From Candidatus Latescibacterota bacterium (GTDB lineage: Bacteria > Latescibacterota > UBA2968): a stretch of DNA of 64,000 nucleotides. Every line of letters begins with the position of its first letter. Positions within the stretch are counted from its first letter, which is position 1. The notes below the pieces were generated by a model. It did no database searches. It saw only the letters and a program-made list of their open reading frames with translations, and was not told the origin of the DNA. Shown here piece by piece: positions 59,277 through 64,000 of this stretch. A program made the translations under genes and the position numbers. The stretch is taken from NCBI GenBank assembly GCA_965204375.1, contig OZ241986.1, forward strand, positions 1,024,001 through 1,088,000, given 5' to 3'.

Positions 59277-59368
59277 AAGTGTGAAGGATGAAGTGTGAAG
59301 GGTGAAGAAGCACTCGTCTTGGGGGGTGTTGGATGGACTTCTTACTTCTCACTTTTTACTTTTCACTT
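59275..59368. repeat. Inverted pair of degenerate heptamer arrays
   Basis: (TGAAGTG-like)x5 at 59275-59309 facing (ACTTYTY)x4.5 at 59337-59368. Confidence 0.75.
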
Positions 59369-59397
59369 ATCGGGGATTTGGGGCTGGCGGGGTCTGT

Positions 59398-60105
59398 ATG
59401 AGCGTACAAAAAGAAATTTACGCCCTCAAACGCGAACTCGCCGCGCGTTATCAACTCGGCGAAGAACACCACAATATTTGCGGGCGCAAAATAGGTGTGA
59501 CTTGTGTTGAAGATGCCGAAGCACTCTTTGACAAACTGGGGATGGCCGATCCCGATAGTTTTGAAGTACGGGACGAACGCCTGCCGTATTGGGCAACGCT
59601 TTGGGATTCTGCGCTTATTTTGTCCGATGTTCTGCTCGCGGATGATCTAATTATGCCGGGCGAATCCGTGCTTGAACTCGGCTGTGGATTGGGCCTTGTC
59701 TCATCTATTGCCTGTCTCAAACGCGCGCGTGTCACTGCCACGGATTACCAGCCCGATGCACTCAAGTTTGCACAACTCAACGGGTTGCAAATTGCCGGCG
59801 TCGCTCCAGGGACAATGCTCATCGACTGGCGCGCCCCGCCGCAAGATCAACACTATGCCACCTTGTTGGGCGCAGACCTCGTGTACGAACCGCGCTTTTT
59901 CAATCCTCTCATCGCCACATTCGACGCCCTTCTCGCACCGGGAGGGCGCGTTTTATTTTCTGAACCCAATCGCATTTTAGGCAGACCTTTTTTTGATCGT
60001 CTGCTCAATGCGGGCTGGGCGTTTTCCATTATAACCGAGCGGGAGGAGGGGACAGTATATGAGATTAAGAGGCGTGAGAAGCAACCACAGAAAAAACGCG
60101 AGTGA
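59398..60105 (+). CDS. Class I SAM methyltransferase (family 16-like)
   Basis: PYWATLWDSA, VLELGCGLG, TDY and GADLVYE motifs. Confidence 0.88.
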   Translation: MSVQKEIYALKRELAARYQLGEEHHNICGRKIGVTCVEDAEALFDKLGMADPDSFEVRDERLPYWATLWDSALILSDVLLADDLIMPGESVLELGCGLGLVSSIACLKRARVTATDYQPDALKFAQLNGLQIAGVAPGTMLIDWRAPPQDQHYATLLGADLVYEPRFFNPLIATFDALLAPGGRVLFSEPNRILGRPFFDRLLNAGWAFSIITEREEGTVYEIKRREKQPQKKRE

Positions 60106-60298
60106 GCGGTGTACAACCATATCTGTTTCCGTTCACAGGTGTAGCAAGATTACCACAGCTGTGGTTCTTATACTACACTATATAAGTTAATCAATGGTAA
60201 GGCGATAAATTCTGAATTGAAAAATGGTGGCTATAACTCATTGATAATTATAAATATATAATTTCTAAATTTCATACTCATACAGCACTGTAATTAAG

Positions 60299-60314
60299 TG
60301 GCACGATTTTTGAT
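60299..60314 (+). promoter_or_regulatory. Possible sigma54 promoter
   Basis: TGGCACG-ATTT-TTGAT versus consensus TGGCACG-N4-TTGCW; the -12 C is replaced by A. Confidence 0.4.
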
Positions 60315-60403
60315 GTTGTCAAAAGTCAGGAGGGAATTAAAGAGGCTGAAAGACCTGTTGACCAGCATTGGAAGTATTCCAAAAAAAATAATAGATTTGG
60401 GGG

Positions 60404-61516
60404 ATGTTCATGAACAAGGTTAAATTTTATGTTATCTCCTTATGCTTTCACATCTTCCTTTTTCTTCTGATCGGAGCTTTCACACTCCGCGATCGCGAGA
60501 TTCACCAGGTGCCTGTAATTTGGGAACTTGCTGATCATGAAAAAGCAAAACCGATTCCTTCATTGGACATAGCTGCTGGTCCAGTACCAAAAGTGGAGGC
60601 CATATCTTCGGAACCCCAAAGCGCATCCTCGCCCCAAAAAACCAATTCTACTGACGGGCTTCGTAAATTGAACGTGACTTCTGATCCAGTAGTAAGAGCC
60701 GAAGCAATATCCTCGAAAGAAAAAAACACATTTGTCAAAAAAGCCGATTCTGCTGAGGTAGATACTGTTCATACTTTGCAGCAAGAGTTTCCCAAATCTA
60801 TTATGTTTGCAAAACGGCCAAATATGAAAAAAATCCTGGGGCTGGATAGACGATTAAAAAATTATTTTTTACAGGATGCAACGCCTCCCAAAATGAGCAC
60901 GGAAAGCGTGATAGCACAGCGGTTGTCTGCAATAAAAATAAAATACCAACTCCACCTGGACAATCCCCACCCGGACAATCGCAGTTGGAGATACCGCATT
61001 TTAGGTGCAAGTACGGAAGTAGCGGCATTTTATGCGGCTAAGGCCGCAGATAAACCCGTAGCGATGGTCGCTGTTGCGACATACTCATTGACTGTGGGAT
61101 CTATTGGAGAAAGTATGCGGGCAATGGGCAAAGCACTGTGGCGACGTGCTAAAACACCTCGCGGTCTGTACTTAGATGATCGAGAAATCGACATTATGGA
61201 ACAGGTTTGGATGCATGAAAAGGTCTCGGTACGCGACCTTTATCTGGCGCTTTCATCCGAGCGGACGGTTAAAACGCTTCAGAAGAAACTCAAGGATCTC
61301 GTTGATCGCGGTCTTCTGGTGTATAGAGGCAAAGGACACAAGGCAATGTACAGCGCACAAGTTGATCCTGATCAGGTAATGAATACCATGATTGCCAAAC
61401 TCAGCTTCGAAGATGTGAAAGCAAAAGCCAGAATTTTTCGATTGGCCGAAATTCGGGCTGATGGTCTTCAACAGATAGACAAATTGAGTTTCCCAGATTT
61501 TCATCTGAAAAATTAG
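60404..61516 (+). CDS. Membrane-anchored protein with C-terminal BlaI/MecI/CopY-like winged helix
   Basis: N-terminal TM ISLCFHIFLFLLIG; Pro/Ser-rich linker; LDDREIDIMEQVW..EKVSVRDLY..KTLQKKLKDLVDRGLL..Y. Confidence 0.75.
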   Translation: MFMNKVKFYVISLCFHIFLFLLIGAFTLRDREIHQVPVIWELADHEKAKPIPSLDIAAGPVPKVEAISSEPQSASSPQKTNSTDGLRKLNVTSDPVVRAEAISSKEKNTFVKKADSAEVDTVHTLQQEFPKSIMFAKRPNMKKILGLDRRLKNYFLQDATPPKMSTESVIAQRLSAIKIKYQLHLDNPHPDNRSWRYRILGASTEVAAFYAAKAADKPVAMVAVATYSLTVGSIGESMRAMGKALWRRAKTPRGLYLDDREIDIMEQVWMHEKVSVRDLYLALSSERTVKTLQKKLKDLVDRGLLVYRGKGHKAMYSAQVDPDQVMNTMIAKLSFEDVKAKARIFRLAEIRADGLQQIDKLSFPDFHLKN

Positions 61517-61529
61517 GTGATGATGGAGT

Positions 61530-62163
61530 ATGCAATACCGTCTTATGATAATCTTGATTTTGTCCTTTTGGCCCTCCAGAAATGATTGTCAGGAAATCTA
61601 TACTGGATTTGGGTTTGGGTTTGGTCCTTCATTTCCAGTGATAAACCAAAGATCCTTGCGGTCCTTTAGATATATTAGACAACTGTCATACCTCTTTAAA
61701 TCTCGTCAAAAATCAGAAGGGACCTGTGGTAAACAGTGAGTTTTTTGTTGGATACGAACCATTTGAGTTGACTTTGCACAGCTCTTTTTTTCGCTTGTCT
61801 CAAAGAGAGGTACAGAATACTCAAGAATATCGCATTTTTGATTCTGGCGGTTGGTTAAATTCATATCTCATTGAATTAAGGTACAAAGTTTTAGCAAGGC
61901 TGTTCAGACCATATCTAAACATCGGTATAGGGGCCTTTCATTTTCGTCCTGAAGATGATCAGGATGCGTTCCCAAAGCTGCATTTTGGTGGGGTATTTGG
62001 GTTGGGCAGTGAATTTGCCTATAAAAAAACAGAAGTCTATTTTTTTAGTGAAATTCGTTTTCAATATTTACGTTTTAGAGGGATACGAGAAGATGTTTCC
62101 GAAAAGATAACAGGCACATTGGACTTTATTGCGGGATGTAGATTTTGGATAGCCTCTCAGTAA
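61530..62163 (+). pseudogene. Outer-membrane beta-barrel protein with a frameshift near 61640-61650
   Basis: Signal peptide plus GFGFGFG in the first frame; second frame open from 61645 with RPYLNIGIG, FGLGSEF, FFSEIRFQY and terminal AGCRFW strands. Confidence 0.65.
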
Positions 62164-62231
62164 CTTACAATCCCTTCGTGTATCTTCGTGTACCTTAGTG
62201 GATTTTACATCTCACTTCACTTCGTACCTTT

Positions 62232-63122
62232 TCAAAAAATATCCAACGCCGCTGCTTCGATTTCTTTCCGCAATGCTTTCTCTTCTTCTTTGTCGAGCGG
62301 ACGTGTAGGCTTGACGGGGTCGCCACACTCGATTCCCTGCCAGCGCAATACGGCGCGTACGCTGCCGTGTCCACTGTATTTTTGACAAATCCGAATCAGT
62401 TCATTCACGTCTGCTTGCAATGTGCGTGCCGTGTCCAAATCGCGCTTGTTCACCGCTTCGTAAATGCCCACAAAATGCGCTGTCATCACGTTGTAAAATG
62501 TGCCGATTCCCCCCTGGGCCCCTACCGCAATGCCCGATAGGGCCACTTCGTCATGTCCGTTAAAAATATGCGGTTTATGCGGTCCATTGAGTATGCGTTC
62601 CATTAAGAACAGGTTGAAATTTGTGAATTTAATGCCCACCACGCCATCGAGTGCGAGCATCTGGTTGATTTGTTCAAACGAATACTCCTGATGCGTGACC
62701 ACGGGGATGTAATACACAAAGACCGGCAAGTTTGTCGCTGAACTCAGCGCGCTGTAATACGCCAATATGTCGTCAAAACGATATCCCTGGACATAAGGCG
62801 GCAAACTCGAAATGCCATCGGCTCCTGCATCTGCGGCGTGTTTGGCGAGTTCAACCGCATCGCGCTCAGATGGGGCACCTACATGTACTACTACTCGTCC
62901 ACGTCCTTTTGATGCTTTGACGGCAATCTCTGTGGCCAATTTGCGTTCGGCCATTGTCATCAAATAGCCTTCGCCCGTATTGCCTGCCACATACACGCCA
63001 TGTGATCCCTGTTCGTAAATACGCGCTATGAGTTTTTCAAAGGCCGAGGTGCTGAATGCACCTGTCCCGTCCCTGGGGCTGACCAGTGCGGGATACATGC
63101 CATTAAAACCGTCGAGCATCAC
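62232..63122 (-). CDS. Dihydrodipicolinate synthase / N-acetylneuraminate lyase family protein
   Basis: GNTGEG, YYIP and GIKFT (Schiff-base Lys) motifs. Confidence 0.9.
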   Translation of the reverse strand: MMLDGFNGMYPALVSPRDGTGAFSTSAFEKLIARIYEQGSHGVYVAGNTGEGYLMTMAERKLATEIAVKASKGRGRVVVHVGAPSERDAVELAKHAADAGADGISSLPPYVQGYRFDDILAYYSALSSATNLPVFVYYIPVVTHQEYSFEQINQMLALDGVVGIKFTNFNLFLMERILNGPHKPHIFNGHDEVALSGIAVGAQGGIGTFYNVMTAHFVGIYEAVNKRDLDTARTLQADVNELIRICQKYSGHGSVRAVLRWQGIECGDPVKPTRPLDKEEEKALRKEIEAAALDIF

Positions 63123-64000
63123 AGGGCGCCTCCTGTCTTTTCGTAAAGGGCGCGAGATAGTGATTCGATTTGTGTGCGTTCAACCAGTGTCTCTACGAGA
63201 TGTTGCGGCAAACCCGATGTTCCGTGATACAAACCGCTCAGGGTACCGGCAATGGCTGCAAATGTATCTACATCTCCACCCGTGAGCAGGGCGCGTTCAA
63301 CTGTGGGGATAAATTCTCCTTCTGAGCGCAAAAATGCCTCCAAAGCCACGACAATTGTGGCCTGGGCTTCGCTTGGAATGGCATTTTCTCGTACTGCTTC
63401 GGGCATTTTTACCATGGCTGACCACGCATCTTCCTCGTTCATTGTCAGCAATGTCCCCACCTGTGCGATCAACTCGCCTGTGGATTCGCAAATCGGTCTG
63501 GCCGACCACTCGGCTACGTCCAGCACCTCATTTCCGTCTAGCGGGCGATGTGTTACCAGATGCCCTACCACATGGGCCATTGCGACTGCAGGCGCAACTG
63601 CGCGTGGGTCCTGGTGCGTTACATGGCTCGCTGCAATTGCATCGTCCAGGATATTTTCACCGGTTGCCCAGTGCCACAAGCCCACTGGCGCGATTTTCAT
63701 GACCGCCCCATTGGAGGGGTGGTCTTTCGATGCGGCTTCGGACCACGCCAGACCCTGATCGAGGCGTTCCAGGGTTTCCCGAAAGGCCCTGCCATACATT
63801 TGCAGAAGTCCCTCGCGCCACATCGCCAAAAACCGATTGCTCAGGTCTTCGGGATCGACCTTTTCACACGCTATAATTGACTCAACCAGGACGAGGGTTT
63901 GCTGGGTATCGTCTGTATATTCTCCAGCCGGCCTAGTCAACACGCCTTCCCGATTGACTCGCCCTCGATAGTGGTCTGTCAATCCCTCTACCGCTTTGAT
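63119..64000 (-). CDS. ADP-ribosylglycohydrolase family protein (5' end outside window)
   Basis: YTDDTQ, SNGAVMK, THQD and GGDVDT motifs. Confidence 0.9.
   Translation of the reverse strand: MKAVEGLTDHYRGRVNREGVLTRPAGEYTDDTQQTLVLVESIIACEKVDPEDLSNRFLAMWREGLLQMYGRAFRETLERLDQGLAWSEAASKDHPSNGAVMKIAPVGLWHWATGENILDDAIAASHVTHQDPRAVAPAVAMAHVVGHLVTHRPLDGNEVLDVAEWSARPICESTGELIAQVGTLLTMNEEDAWSAMVKMPEAVRENAIPSEAQATIVVALEAFLRSEGEFIPTVERALLTGGDVDTFAAIAGTLSGLYHGTSGLPQHLVETLVERTQIESLSRALYEKTGGAL

Noticed and set aside
1-64000. CRISPR array, tRNA, rRNA, reverse transcriptase/DGR, tyrosine integrase
   Set aside because: No regularly spaced identical repeats, cloverleafs, rRNA signatures, RT motifs or IntI-like ORF were found by eye or in the ORF track.

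Overview
Bacterial chromosomal window of about 50% GC. The gene order efp-accB-accC-gcvH, the long-form IspH and a YWTD-propeller gene suggest an FCB-superphylum organism, for example Latescibacterota-like and possibly host-associated; this is inference only. (1) Positions 1-15.9 kb are an accessory island of small co-oriented minus-strand genes (GNATs, NUDIX, histidine phosphatase, toxin-antitoxin parts, a P-loop kinase fused to receptor-L-like repeats). It has one convincing attC-like site, several collapsed or half attC remnants, duplicated gene modules, two inverted IS1380 copies and an IS256 nested in one of them. It reads as a decaying integron cassette array with no integrase in the window. 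(2) Positions 16-60 kb are mostly core genes: ispH, rplM-rpsI-rpsB-tsf-frr (pyrH missing), aroC, mutY, rdgB, rph, smpB, mnmG, bioB, efp, accBC, gcvH, trpS, scpAB, rluB, cmk, plsC, rpsA, mtaB, mutS. An islet at 21.5-23.2 kb holds an XRE repressor, operator palindromes, a YWTD protein and an independently transcribed structured RNA with an extreme Shine-Dalgarno. (3) An AT-richer islet at 60.1-62.2 kb encodes a TonB-like-anchor/BlaI-domain protein and a frameshifted outer-membrane barrel. No tRNA, rRNA or CRISPR array was seen.
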